This document shows, piece by piece, positions 39,166 to 49,674 of a DNA stretch of 64,000 bases (within the stretch, counting starts at the first letter, position 1; each line of letters opens with the position of its first letter). Source of the stretch: Pseudomonadota bacterium. GTDB taxonomy: Bacteria > Desulfobacterota > Desulfobacteria > Desulfobacterales > RPRI01. The position numbers and the translations under genes were made by a program. Location: contig JBDRRF010000018.1 of assembly GCA_043825875.1 (NCBI GenBank), positions 23,761-87,760 on the forward strand, in the 5' to 3' direction. Below the pieces are notes generated by a model that ran no database searches, was not told the origin of the DNA, and worked only from the letters and a program-made list of their open reading frames with translations.

Positions 39166-41718
39166 TCAAACATTACTTTTCGGTTTCATCCTGGCGATAA
39201 CCTCATCAATTCTTTTGCCGATTACTCTAAGATCTGATGCCATCATAGATACCCTTTGATAACGTTTTTCCCGTTCTTTTTCCAAAGCTTTGTCGATGAC
39301 TGTTACAAGAGGTTTTATTATCTTTGGGTTGATCTGTTTCGGGTCGGGATGTCTTACATTCATTATTTGATTCATCAATGCAGCAGGGCTTTCTCCGGCA
39401 AAAGGGACTTGACCGGTTGAAAGCTGGAACAGCATTGTTCCTAAAGAGAATATATCAGATCTTCCATCAACCTTTTCTCCTGAAAACTGTTCAGGCGACA
39501 TGTAATACGGCGTGCCTTTGATAACACCGGTTTGAGTTTGTGATGTAGCAGTTATTCTCGCAATACCAAAATCAGTTATTTTAACTATCCCGCTTTTTAA
39601 AAGCATTATGTTTGCCGGCTTTATATCGCGGTGAATAATTCCTTTTTGGTGGGCATAATCAAGTGCTTCAGCAATGGTTGCAACATAATCAATAATCTTG
39701 GGGATAGGAAGCAGATTTTCTTTTACGGTATATTTTTCCAGGTCTTCACCTTCAAGATATTCCATAGCTATGTATGCGAGGTTCTGATCATCTCCGGCAT
39801 CGTAAATAGTTACAATATTCGGATGTGAAAGAGTTCCGGCGCTTTCGGCTTCCCTGAAAAACTTTTCTTTCATTGTTTGAATTTCTTCAAGCGTATGGTC
39901 TTCTTCACTGAACTGGAAAGTTTTTATTGCCGTTGTCCGGTTTATCTTGGGGTCAAGACCCAGATAGACAATGCCCATTGCTCCTTTTCCGAGTTGTTTT
40001 TGTATTTCGTATCTGCCCAGTGTGGGTTTTGTTCCTGTGGCTGTTGAAAGAAAACCGTCTGAAGAAGGGGATACACCGAACTTACCGTCCCCGAATACCA
40101 TCGTATTACTGGCTTTGATTAGTTTCTTTTTTCTTTCGGTAACATCTTTAAATTTTTTGTCATGTTCTTCCACATATTCATATACTGCGGCAGCTTTGTT
40201 GAATTGTCTTTTTCTTTCATAATCAAGTGCAAGATTGTATAAAATATCTTTCATCTGATCATCTACCGGAACTCGCCGGAATTTATCAAAGGCCATATCA
40301 AGCATGCCCTGGCCCTGAAAAGAAAGCCCAAGCATCCGGTTTGTTTCAGCAGATTCTACTTCGATTTTATCTTTTTTGGATTCGGTTACAAAATATCTAA
40401 GACTTATAATTCCAATATAGCCAATGACAAGCTCGAGGGCAGGATAAGCAACACGGACCCAGTATCCTTTGGAAGTAAAAAAATATGCCGAGCTGCCTAT
40501 AAGCAGTATGATCATTATAATGAATGCGGCACCAACTGTTTTTGCTTTCAACCTTGAAAAAACAAAGGTGATAATAAGGCCTATTATAATTATGGCCGCA
40601 AGTTCAACAAGCGGCGACCAGTATGGTTGCTGAATAAACTTGTTGTTAAGTATAGTCCAGATGGCATTAGCGGAAAACTCTCCCACAGGTAAAGCCGGAT
40701 CGGTTGGCGTGCTGATAGGGTTCATAATTCCGGCTGCTGACGCACTTACAAGCACAAGTTTGTTTTTAAAAACATCCGTCTGAATTTTATCGTTTAAAAC
40801 ATCAAAAAATGAATATTTTTTAAATGCGCCGCGGGGGCCTTTAAAATTAATAAGAAGCTCCGAAGCAAAAGTAGTGGGTATTTTAAGATTCCCAAGAGTA
40901 ACGCTTGACCCCAATTCTGCTGAAAGTTTTTCCCTTGGGATATCAAGATAGGCACAAGCAAGCTTTAAGGTATATGATGGGTAATAAAGTCCACGACATT
41001 CATAGACGAGACGTTCTCTTCTTGCAATACCATCTCTGTCATTGCCGAAGTTAAGGTGACCTATGCCTGCCGATGCTTTAAGAAATGAAGGAAGAGGAAG
41101 TATTATTTCATCAGCGCGGTAGTATAATGCTCCGGAAGGACTTTTTATTTTCTGGATTGAATATTCGTATAATATATCATCGGTTTCTTTTGTATCATTG
41201 CCAGTTTCGGCAGATTCTTTGAAATAAAATGGCAAAACGGTATTGCCGGTTTCGCTGATTGCCTGGGCAAGCTTTTTGTCATTATCCAGATTTTCTCTGG
41301 TCTCATGCAAAACATTAAGGTAATCGCTATATGTTATTCCGGTATCTTTTGAAAAAATGGCTGTAAATTTATCTTCCAGATTTTTGACAGTTTTTAATCC
41401 GGTGCTTTCTTCAGGTTCGCTGAGTATAAGATTGAGCCCTGTTACTTTGGGATTTCCCAAATTTATCTTTTTGATGCCCTTTGCAATAATATCGCGTGAC
41501 CAGGGCCAGCGACCGATTTTTTCAATCGAATCATCATCTATATCAACTATTACTATGTTGCTTGATGATTCAGGGTCTGCACGTAATCCCATCATTGCAT
41601 CATAGAGTTTATATTCAAGAGTATCAAGAAAATCGGTACGAAATAAGCTTATACATAAAAAAAGTATAGTGATGCCTATTCCCATAAAAAGAGCAGGATG
41701 TTTTTTTAATAAGTTCAT
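39166..41718 (-). CDS. CHASE2-domain membrane Ser/Thr protein kinase
   Basis: GRWPWSR (CHASE2), 3 TM, LGKGAMG, HRDIKPAN, DFG, GTP.YMSPEQ. Confidence 0.93.
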   Translation of the reverse strand: MNLLKKHPALFMGIGITILFLCISLFRTDFLDTLEYKLYDAMMGLRADPESSSNIVIVDIDDDSIEKIGRWPWSRDIIAKGIKKINLGNPKVTGLNLILSEPEESTGLKTVKNLEDKFTAIFSKDTGITYSDYLNVLHETRENLDNDKKLAQAISETGNTVLPFYFKESAETGNDTKETDDILYEYSIQKIKSPSGALYYRADEIILPLPSFLKASAGIGHLNFGNDRDGIARRERLVYECRGLYYPSYTLKLACAYLDIPREKLSAELGSSVTLGNLKIPTTFASELLINFKGPRGAFKKYSFFDVLNDKIQTDVFKNKLVLVSASAAGIMNPISTPTDPALPVGEFSANAIWTILNNKFIQQPYWSPLVELAAIIIIGLIITFVFSRLKAKTVGAAFIIMIILLIGSSAYFFTSKGYWVRVAYPALELVIGYIGIISLRYFVTESKKDKIEVESAETNRMLGLSFQGQGMLDMAFDKFRRVPVDDQMKDILYNLALDYERKRQFNKAAAVYEYVEEHDKKFKDVTERKKKLIKASNTMVFGDGKFGVSPSSDGFLSTATGTKPTLGRYEIQKQLGKGAMGIVYLGLDPKINRTTAIKTFQFSEEDHTLEEIQTMKEKFFREAESAGTLSHPNIVTIYDAGDDQNLAYIAMEYLEGEDLEKYTVKENLLPIPKIIDYVATIAEALDYAHQKGIIHRDIKPANIMLLKSGIVKITDFGIARITATSQTQTGVIKGTPYYMSPEQFSGEKVDGRSDIFSLGTMLFQLSTGQVPFAGESPAALMNQIMNVRHPDPKQINPKIIKPLVTVIDKALEKEREKRYQRVSMMASDLRVIGKRIDEVIARMKPKSNV

Positions 41719-41894
41719 AGCAATTTTCTCATATTACATGGTTGCCTAAGTTTTTGTCTGCTTTGACAATGCTTCTTGTATGAAATCTGCGTCCAGGCTC
41801 ATAAAGAGAAGTTCATACAGCGATGCCTTGCACCCGGGTACTCTATACTGCTTTATCTTATATCACAGCTGATACTAAATTTCAAATAAAGAGC

Positions 41895-42511
41895 CTATTT
41901 CGGGGTCATAATCTGAACGGCCTGTGGGCATACAGTAAATACAGCCGGTGTTTCACCGAATATGTCTCCATCCAGATCCAATAACGCCAGAGGATCACTG
42001 TCTATATGGATTTCCTTCTCCTGGAAATACAATATGCCAGCTTCATGAATGTGCGCTCCAGTCGATATCTTGAGCAGCAAACAGGTTGCCATCTTCAGTT
42101 TTGATTGAGACGGAATTACTGTAATGTTTAACTCCCCTTCATCTGTGAGAGCTCCAGGAGACAGACACATACTGCCTAGTACTCCGTCATTGATAGAACA
42201 AATCCCGACGTTACGGGCAATATCATTGCCTGTACCACCCGGAATGATTGCCAGTTTGGGGTGAGGTTTACTTCTTTCCATGATTCCCGACAGGATCTCT
42301 CCCACCGTGCCATCTTCCCCCCCACAGCAACAATGGTTTCATAGCCTTCACTTTGCACAGCAAGCTCTTGTGCTTGTCCGGCCCGTTTTGTGACAATTGC
42401 GCTTGCCGGATCGATATGCTCAGGCTACAATGCTTTTAGTTTGTTCCATGCCTTTATTCCAATCCCTCCATAACCGGCAGGATTGATGATATATAGAATG
42501 CTATCCTTCAT
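41895..42511 (-). pseudogene. Diacylglycerol/lipid kinase (YegS/DgkB family) pseudogene
   Basis: MKDSILYIINPAG..KAL* in-frame stop; frameshift inside GGDGT; GTGND and DGD motifs kept; central part deleted. Confidence 0.8.
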
Positions 42512-43937
42512 TGTCGCAGATCACTCTGTTCTTCCCCTTCTTTTTTGCGCAATACATATTTTGGTCAGCTCTGGAAACAAAGTCATTTTGGGTTTCACCT
42601 GATACATACTGTGTAGCCCCAATACTCAAAGTCACGATGATATCTTTAGAAGAATTTACAGGAAATGGAAGAGAAGCGCAAGATTGCCTGACTCTCTCTG
42701 CAATTTGGGCACAACCTTCAATCGGAGTTTCAGTCAGGATTACTACCATTTCCTCGCCTCCGTACCGGAAGGCTATATCGGAATTTCTGATACAACTTTT
42801 TAGCATCCGGGCCAATCCTGCCAAAACCTGATCGCCCTGGCTGTGCCCGTGGGTATCATTAACTTGTTTGAAGTTATCAATGTCCATCATAAGAAGCGAC
42901 AGTGGCCGGTCATATCTAAGTGCTCTTTGTATCTCCCCTTCAAGTTGTATATTAAGATGCCTCTTGTTAAAAAGCCCGGTCAGGTCATCCACAATACTTA
43001 GCTGTTTGTATTTCTCTTCACTTATTCTTAAAGCTTCTTTTGTTTCTATAAGGGATCTTTCGGCTTTTACTCTTTCTGTGATATCCGTCAGGAAAGCGAC
43101 GACACCCATGAACTCAGGACCGAAGGTGCGAAGAGGTGTTGCGATGATAATATAGTGTGCGATTTCACCGTCTGAAAGTGTCTTTTGTATTTCAATTTCA
43201 ACGTGCGCCTCACCTCCTTGTATCCTGGCAAAAGGGCATTCCGGCGTATTGCAACATCCGCAAATAGAGGTTTCAAAGCATTTTTTTTCCTGAAGCTCCA
43301 TTCTTGTCAAACCGGTGATCTTTGAAATCGCATCATTTGCGCGAATGACATTACAATCCTTATCGATGAGCATTATGCATCCAGCAACAGTCTTGAAAAT
43401 TTGGTCCAACTCCAGTCGGGAGATTTCCGATTCCACGGTAAGGGTGTTTGCCCTTGAAAACGCATCTTCATATTGCTGCTCCATCAATTCCAGTTCTTTT
43501 TTGTGTATTTCCGCTTTTTCCTTGATTTCCATCAGTTCTAATAAATTATATCTATGCTTGTCTGCGGCAAAAAGCTGGCACCGGAGCAATTCGGGATTTA
43601 CCGGTTTGAACATAAAAAAATCCGCTTTACTAGTAGATGCACAGTTGATTTTATGATCATCTTGATTATACACCTGAACAACTATTTGATTCATTCGCGT
43701 GCAACATTCTTGAGTTATCCTGTATTTTTCCGAATCTGTCTTATCATTGGAACATTCGAGGTCGATGATAACCAGGGCCATCGTTGACTCATTCTCCAAT
43801 TCCGAAAAGGCATTGGAAGCATCTTTGTGGACTATGATTTTGTAAGAAAGCTCATCCAGACCTGGCGCAAGGGCATCACTAAAATCGGAATCCCTTGTAA
43901 TAACAAATGCTTTTTTTTCTTCTTTTGATTTCGTCAT
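42501..43937 (-). CDS. REC-like/PAS/GGDEF diguanylate cyclase
   Basis: DDLTGLFN, DIDNFK.VND.HGH..GD, RYGGEE. Confidence 0.92.
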   Translation of the reverse strand: MTKSKEEKKAFVITRDSDFSDALAPGLDELSYKIIVHKDASNAFSELENESTMALVIIDLECSNDKTDSEKYRITQECCTRMNQIVVQVYNQDDHKINCASTSKADFFMFKPVNPELLRCQLFAADKHRYNLLELMEIKEKAEIHKKELELMEQQYEDAFSRANTLTVESEISRLELDQIFKTVAGCIMLIDKDCNVIRANDAISKITGLTRMELQEKKCFETSICGCCNTPECPFARIQGGEAHVEIEIQKTLSDGEIAHYIIIATPLRTFGPEFMGVVAFLTDITERVKAERSLIETKEALRISEEKYKQLSIVDDLTGLFNKRHLNIQLEGEIQRALRYDRPLSLLMMDIDNFKQVNDTHGHSQGDQVLAGLARMLKSCIRNSDIAFRYGGEEMVVILTETPIEGCAQIAERVRQSCASLPFPVNSSKDIIVTLSIGATQYVSGETQNDFVSRADQNMYCAKKKGKNRVICDNEG

Positions 43938-44283
43938 ATCACTCCCCAATCAAAGACCTGCAGAATATAATTCGAAAACCAAGAAAAAACTAAAAATTGT
44001 AGCAGACCCGGCTTTGTTCATAATAAATACTGATCGATTAGCTTCAAATGTAGTCATACCCGGCACCTGAACAGCTTATTAAAGCAAATGTCTAAATCTG
44101 AATATTTTAGAAGAGTTAAGATAAACTCTATTCATCATGTCATGTCAAATATGTCAATAATTTTTTAAGATATAATTACATCAATTTTAGTAAATCTGTT
44201 TGTTTTGCATGATAGCCGGATTCAATGACCTGTCATGGAGTATGTATCAATAAGAATTTTATTTTGAGAAAAACTATAACCAG

Positions 44284-44425
44284 GAACCAACTTCAAAACG
44301 TCCCATTTTGGCCGATCTCTGCGTTGGGCTCAAATTTTAATCCTCGAAATACTTCATGTATTCCTGCGGTTAAAATTTTCGCCCGTCTTGACCTTGACCA
44401 AACTGAAACGTTTTGAAACAGGTTC
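44284..44425 (-). mobile_element. MITE family A, copy 4 (variant TIR GAACC/GGTTC)
   Basis: Compensatory change in both TIRs; CCAG duplicated on both sides. Confidence 0.85.
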
Positions 44426-44634
44426 CCAGGAAATGAATTATTTTATTATCGTTTTTATAGAAACTGCCGATATATTATTGGAGAAGCTTGTTTTGAGTAA
44501 CATTTACATTTAAGAACACTTAAGATTATAATTATATATTACAAGTTATTATCAATTTTCTGTACTTAATATATTCTTTGTGTTAAAAATATTGAGAATT
44601 AAGATAAACGGTAAAGATTTGCGGACTGCTATTG

Positions 44635-45933
44635 ATGGAAATTATTACAACACATAAAAACACGGATTTTGATGCGCTTGCATCCATGATTGCTGCAACA
44701 ATTTTATATCCCAATGCTGTTTGTGTTCTTCCAAAAATGATTAATCCCAATGTCAAAGCCTTTCTTTCTATCCATAAAGACATATTTGATATGCATTCAC
44801 CCGCTGAAATTGATTTTGATAAGGTTAAAAAATTAATTGTTGTTGATACAAGCAACTGGAACCGTCTTGACCGGATAGATTCACTTTCAACAAGAAAAGA
44901 TCTTGAAATCATATTATGGGATCACCATAGAGGTGACGGCGATATAAAAGCAGCGTGGAAGTGCCGGAAAGAAGTCGGATCAAACATAACTCTTATGGTA
45001 CGCAGGCTGAAAAAAGAAAAAAAGAAAATATCTCCTATGCAGGCAACACTTTTTCTAACCGGCCTTTATGAAGATACAGGGCATCTTAGCTTTTCATCTT
45101 CAACAGCAGAAGATGCCTATATGGCAGGTTTTCTTCTTGAAAAAAAGGCGGACTTAAATATTGTCAGTTCTTTTTTGCGCCAGGCCTACGGAGAAAAACA
45201 AAAAAACATTCTGTTTGAAATGTTGCAAACTGCAAAAAGATCAAAAATAAACGGCTATTCTATCAGCATAAATAAGCTTTCAATTAAAGGGCATGTAAAC
45301 AGCCTTGCCGTTGTTGTAGGTATGTACAGAGAGATTTTAAATGTTGATGCCACATTTGGAATATTTAGCAATAAAGAAAAAGACAGGTGTATGGTTATTG
45401 CCAGAAGTAATGCTGAAGGACTGGATGTAGGCTCAATAATGCGCAGCATGGGAGGCGGCGGGCATCCCGGCGCTGCTTCTGCAATGTTGAAATCAGTTAA
45501 TCCCAATGCGGTTGAGGAATGGATCACAGAACTCATTGAAGGCAATCAGCAGGCTTCCGTACAGATAAGCGATTTAATGTCTTTTCCTGTTTTTACCGTG
45601 GCTTCGGTCACGCCTATGGAAAAGGTTGCTGCAATACTAAAGAAAAAAGGCTGCACCGGGCTTCCGGTAGTTGAAGGAGAAAAACTGGTAGGAGTAATTT
45701 CACGCAGAGATTTTACCAAAATAAAAAGAGAGACTCAGCTGAAATCTCCGGTAAAAGCATATATGAGCACAAATATTATGACAATAGAACCTGGGAAAAG
45801 CCCGATTCAAGCCGCAAAGCTTATGGCTAAGCATGATATAGGAAGGCTTCCGGTAGTTGAAAACGGGCGCATAATAGGCATTATTACGCGCTCGGATACT
45901 ATGCTATATTTTTACGATATGCTGCCGGATTGA
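44635..45933 (+). CDS. DHH/DHHA1 phosphoesterase with CBS pair
   Basis: TH..DFD, VDT, DHH, EDTG, GGGH..AAS, two CBS domains. Confidence 0.88.
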   Translation: MEIITTHKNTDFDALASMIAATILYPNAVCVLPKMINPNVKAFLSIHKDIFDMHSPAEIDFDKVKKLIVVDTSNWNRLDRIDSLSTRKDLEIILWDHHRGDGDIKAAWKCRKEVGSNITLMVRRLKKEKKKISPMQATLFLTGLYEDTGHLSFSSSTAEDAYMAGFLLEKKADLNIVSSFLRQAYGEKQKNILFEMLQTAKRSKINGYSISINKLSIKGHVNSLAVVVGMYREILNVDATFGIFSNKEKDRCMVIARSNAEGLDVGSIMRSMGGGGHPGAASAMLKSVNPNAVEEWITELIEGNQQASVQISDLMSFPVFTVASVTPMEKVAAILKKKGCTGLPVVEGEKLVGVISRRDFTKIKRETQLKSPVKAYMSTNIMTIEPGKSPIQAAKLMAKHDIGRLPVVENGRIIGIITRSDTMLYFYDMLPD

Positions 45934-45972
45934 ATTGTATACTGATGTATTCTATACTATCCTGAATTATTA

Positions 45973-46302
45973 TTAATCTTTCAGCTGATCAACAGATAAA
46001 CCCATAGCTGTTGCTAATTTTTCAAGCGTTACCGTTCTTAATGTGTTTTCACTATTTTCCATTTGAGACAAAGCTGCCTGAGTAATACCTGCTTTCTTTG
46101 CGACTTCTGATTGTGTAATACCAATATGAGTGCGCCAGGCCTTTACAAGGTTCATTCCTTTTTTCACTACAAGCCCGACAACTTCATGAGGAATAGTAAC
46201 ATCTTCAGATGGTAACAACTTGATATAATCATCATAGGGAATAACCGCAAAAACAGGCTTTCCATTCTGCTCAATATATTGGATATTAGTAGGTATTTTC
46301 AT
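45973..46302 (-). CDS. XRE/HigA-like HTH antitoxin
   Basis: G.P.FAV.PY..Y N-terminus; HTH TQ.EVA...GITQ.ALS..E. Confidence 0.88.
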   Translation of the reverse strand: MKIPTNIQYIEQNGKPVFAVIPYDDYIKLLPSEDVTIPHEVVGLVVKKGMNLVKAWRTHIGITQSEVAKKAGITQAALSQMENSENTLRTVTLEKLATAMGLSVDQLKD

Positions 46303-46533
46303 TTCTTTTCTTGACCTCCTCTATGTAAAGAATTTCAAAAGAATCTGTAAAAAAAACTCTCCAGCGGCCAACTCGAAGTCGATATTCGTAACGATTTTTC
46401 AACTTTTTTACATTTGAGCAATTTGGAAAATTTTCAAATCTCCCACAGTATCGTAGATCAAAGCTATCATTTGTTGATCTTTAATTTTCCGTAGTTGCCT
46501 AAGCGCTTTAGGTTTCCATTTAATATTCTTCAT
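46286..46533 (-). pseudogene. RelE/HigB-like toxin, frameshifted
   Basis: MKNIKWKPKALRQLRKI..DLK, then a 1-nt deletion near 46431; the other frame gives FPNCSNVKKL..YRLRVGRWRVFF..EEVKKRNENTY*. Confidence 0.85.
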
Positions 46534-46658
46534 TAAAAGTATAATAAACTTATAATATAAGTAATAATTCAATAAAATATCAATCTAACCGGAGCCTTTA
46601 AAGCACGAGTTAACAGGTTGCTGGTCAAGACGAATCGATCAGGAGCACAGATTTGTTG

Positions 46659-46688
46659 AACCCCCTTTATCCCCCCTTTAAGGGGGAA
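46659..46688. repeat. Solo copy of the DUF559-flanking repeat
   Basis: AACCCCCTTTATCCCCCCTTTAAGGGGGAA. Confidence 0.7.
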
Positions 46689-46796
46689 TCTGGAGGAACT
46701 CTTCTTCGATAAACCAATAAATACATACTCTCTTTGGTTTACCCGTGCGGTTTCAGGTAAATACAAATACGTTTATCCTTATATAGCATAAAACAA

Positions 46797-46845
46797 CATA
46801 AGCGCTGATTGTCTTAAAATAAATGAATTTAAACCAGCGCTTATG
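46797..46845. terminator. 11-bp inverted repeat downstream of the elbB remnant
   Basis: CATAAGCGCTG / CAGCGCTTATG. Confidence 0.45.
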
Positions 46846-46875
46846 GGGAATATCAGTATATTTGCTTAAAAAAAA

Positions 46876-46989
46876 TCAGGCCATTTCAATTATCTTTTCA
46901 ACAAGTTTTTCTATGCCTTTTGCTACATCCTTTATCCCTGGTCCAAGCATATAGGCAGGGGTGGTAACAATCTTATGCTTTTTATCCAT
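46876..46989 (-). pseudogene. elbB: ElbB/ES1 glyoxalase C-terminal remnant (37 aa)
   Basis: MDKKHKIVTTPAYMLGPGIKDVAKGIEKLVEKIIEMA*; KIVTTPAYM is the ElbB C-terminal signature; GGAGG RBS. Confidence 0.7.
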
Positions 46990-47011
46990 TATTACCTCCA
47001 GCCATATACTA

Positions 47012-48994
47012 TTAGGTTATAAGATGTGATTCAACTATTTCTGCTATGTCAAATATTTTCTGCTCATCAGTAAATTGTTTCACCCCATCGGTTAACATCA
47101 TAAGACAGAAAGGACAGGCGGTAGCAATTTTTTGTGCTTTTGTCTCAAAAGCTTCACCGGCTCTATTCTGATTGATTCTGGTTCCGGTTTCCTCGGCCCA
47201 GTAATTGCCGCCGCCGCCGCCGCAGCAAAAACTTGCTTTTTTATTTCTTGGCATTTCACTAAGCGTTCCTATACTCGATATAACTTCGCGCGGTTCATCT
47301 ATGATACCGTTATGCCTTCCAAGATAGCATGGGTCATGATAGCAAATGGTTTCTGATGTTTTGGATAGTTTTAGTTTGCCGGAACTTATCAGGTCCAAAA
47401 TATACTTTGCGTGGGGAATAACATCAAAGTTGCCGCCCAGCGCAGGGTAATGATGGGTGAAGCTGTTGTAACAGTGGGGACATAATGTAATAATCTTGTT
47501 AATTTCCATTTCTGCAAATTCTATGATATTCATCTGGGCAGTTTCATTAAAAAGAAGCTCATCTCCCATTTGCTTTGCCGGATCACCGGTGCAGCGAAAC
47601 TCTTCGAGAACACCAAAATTTACATTTGCTGCCGTAAGAATATTGACCATGGATCTTGCAATCTTCTGGGCACGCTCTTCATAAGCTACTGAACACCCTA
47701 TCCAAAGCAGGTATTCCGTTTCACCCGGAATAAATACAGGAACATCCATATCTTCCTGCCAATCTGTTGGGCCAAATCCGGTACCAAGAAACGGGTGGCC
47801 TCTGGTTTCCATGTTCTTCATTGCTTTGCCCATCAGATCAGGAGCAGCCGCTTCTTCCATTGTCAGATGGCGTCTCATTTCTATGATATCTCTAAGATGC
47901 TCATTTCCTACAGGACAAACATTTGCACATGCTCCGCAGGTGGTGCATTCCCACAACTCATCCTGAGTTATGTTGTCACCTATAAGTTCAACCCGCTCCA
48001 TTTCTCTCCATTGCTCTTTGGGGGTTGAAAGAAGCTTATCTGCATTTGCAAACAGATTTTCTTTTATAGACAAGACAATTTCCCTGGGTGAAAGCACCTT
48101 GCCCGTGCTGTTTGCAGGGCACTGATCCGTGCATCGTCCGCACTCGGTACATGTATAACCGTCAAAGAGTTGTTTCCATGTTAAATCCTCAACCTTAGAA
48201 ACTCCCATGGCTCCAAGTTCTTCAGCTTCGAAATTAATATTGGGAAGTTCAACAAGAGGTGGCGGAAAATTTCTGAAAAAATTGGCCGGTATTGCTGAAA
48301 ATACATGAAGATGTTTGCTGTTTGGAATGTAATCAAGAAAAAACATCAGAACAAGAAGATGCAACCACCAGCAGACCTCAAACAACATATGGTTCATGGT
48401 GCTTACGCCGGTTGCTTTAACAACAAAATCGGTTATAGGCATCCAGGCGCTTGCGATAGCGGCAAATTCTACTTCATTTGGGTCAACCATACGCAGTGAG
48501 TTGATTATAAGCAGTGTTAGCATCAGAATACTAATACAACCCAAAATGAGATATGCTGTTAAGTGGTAATTGATCTGTGGTGGCTTCATTATAAATCGTC
48601 TCAATAAAGCCATCACTATTCCGACTAAAACTGAAAAGATAAAAATATCCTGGGATAGCAGAAAGAAATTGAAAGCAGGGGCGCCTAAAAAGGAAAAATC
48701 AAACCCAGGCACAAACCCACTTATAATAAACTCGATTTCTCCGGGCAAAAGGATCAAAAAACCTGCGATAATAAATATATGCATGATTCCGGCATAGGTA
48801 TAATCGACTTTTGATACTCTGAATTGCGAAAATTGCAAAATACTCTGCTTGATGGTGATCAATAAGCGCTCGCCAATTCTGTCAAATCTGTTTTCCGGTT
48901 TTCCGAGCTTAAGAAGTTTTATAAGGTATAAAACACGATGAACAAAATATGCTACCGCGATAGTTAGAATAATTGCAACAAGCCAAGGTTTCAT
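47012..48994 (-). CDS. Membrane-bound Fe-S oxidoreductase (HdrD/FadF-like, CCG domains)
   Basis: TM region, SKHLH, CTECGRC..CP, CTTCGAC..CP, YHDPCY, CCGGGGG, TACPFC. Confidence 0.9.
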   Translation of the reverse strand: MKPWLVAIILTIAVAYFVHRVLYLIKLLKLGKPENRFDRIGERLLITIKQSILQFSQFRVSKVDYTYAGIMHIFIIAGFLILLPGEIEFIISGFVPGFDFSFLGAPAFNFFLLSQDIFIFSVLVGIVMALLRRFIMKPPQINYHLTAYLILGCISILMLTLLIINSLRMVDPNEVEFAAIASAWMPITDFVVKATGVSTMNHMLFEVCWWLHLLVLMFFLDYIPNSKHLHVFSAIPANFFRNFPPPLVELPNINFEAEELGAMGVSKVEDLTWKQLFDGYTCTECGRCTDQCPANSTGKVLSPREIVLSIKENLFANADKLLSTPKEQWREMERVELIGDNITQDELWECTTCGACANVCPVGNEHLRDIIEMRRHLTMEEAAAPDLMGKAMKNMETRGHPFLGTGFGPTDWQEDMDVPVFIPGETEYLLWIGCSVAYEERAQKIARSMVNILTAANVNFGVLEEFRCTGDPAKQMGDELLFNETAQMNIIEFAEMEINKIITLCPHCYNSFTHHYPALGGNFDVIPHAKYILDLISSGKLKLSKTSETICYHDPCYLGRHNGIIDEPREVISSIGTLSEMPRNKKASFCCGGGGGNYWAEETGTRINQNRAGEAFETKAQKIATACPFCLMMLTDGVKQFTDEQKIFDIAEIVESHLIT

Positions 48995-49311
48995 GAATAT
49001 ATCTCCTTCATTATAACTAATTTATATCTAAGATTTTTTGAATATCTGTGATAAACCAGAACGACCTTTACGGAGTTTTGATCTAACATCTAAGCAAAGG
49101 ATATGTCAATAAAAATGACGCTCTGTAAGCGGCAAGCCTTATTTGGATATTGTTTATAACTATTGCATATAATCCGTTTTAATCAAATAACAAGAGTTTC
49201 TATTGATAAAGTAATTAAATTATGATAGGTGGCTGCAAAACATATAATCATAATTTGTATGCCTGCTCTATCTTTGCAAGTTGGCAGATAAAAATCAGCA
49301 GCGGAGAGAAA

Positions 49312-49674
49312 ATGACTTCTGAAGGAGATATAATACTTATATATTTTGAAGGCAAACCGCTTACATTTGCGAGAATTGAAGAAATCCTGCCGAATTCAAA
49401 GCCATCATGGTATCACGTTAAATTGCTGATGCTGCAAGTGCCTGTTCATGCCATAACATGGATACTAAGAGATTCTTATATAAATGGCGCTGAATTTACT
49501 ATGAACGGAAAGAAGGTAAGAATCGAACATGTTGTGTGTCCTGATAGCCAATCCGATGATCAAAATAATCAAAAAGCTTCTCAATCACAAAAGAATGATG
49601 CCGAAGCTTCTGAAAAAACAAAGACATTGGAAGGAGCAAAGGTTATTCCTTTTGCCGATATCAGGAAGAAGTAA
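49312..49674 (+). CDS. Hypothetical protein
   Basis: GGAG RBS; globular N-terminus (FARIE, WILR..YING..FTM.G) and low-complexity tail. Confidence 0.7.
   Translation: MTSEGDIILIYFEGKPLTFARIEEILPNSKPSWYHVKLLMLQVPVHAITWILRDSYINGAEFTMNGKKVRIEHVVCPDSQSDDQNNQKASQSQKNDAEASEKTKTLEGAKVIPFADIRKK

Noticed and set aside
46425..46440. Programmed frameshift in the RelE-like toxin
   Set aside because: AAAATTTT is not a canonical slippery heptamer and no stimulatory structure was seen; a simple deletion is more likely.
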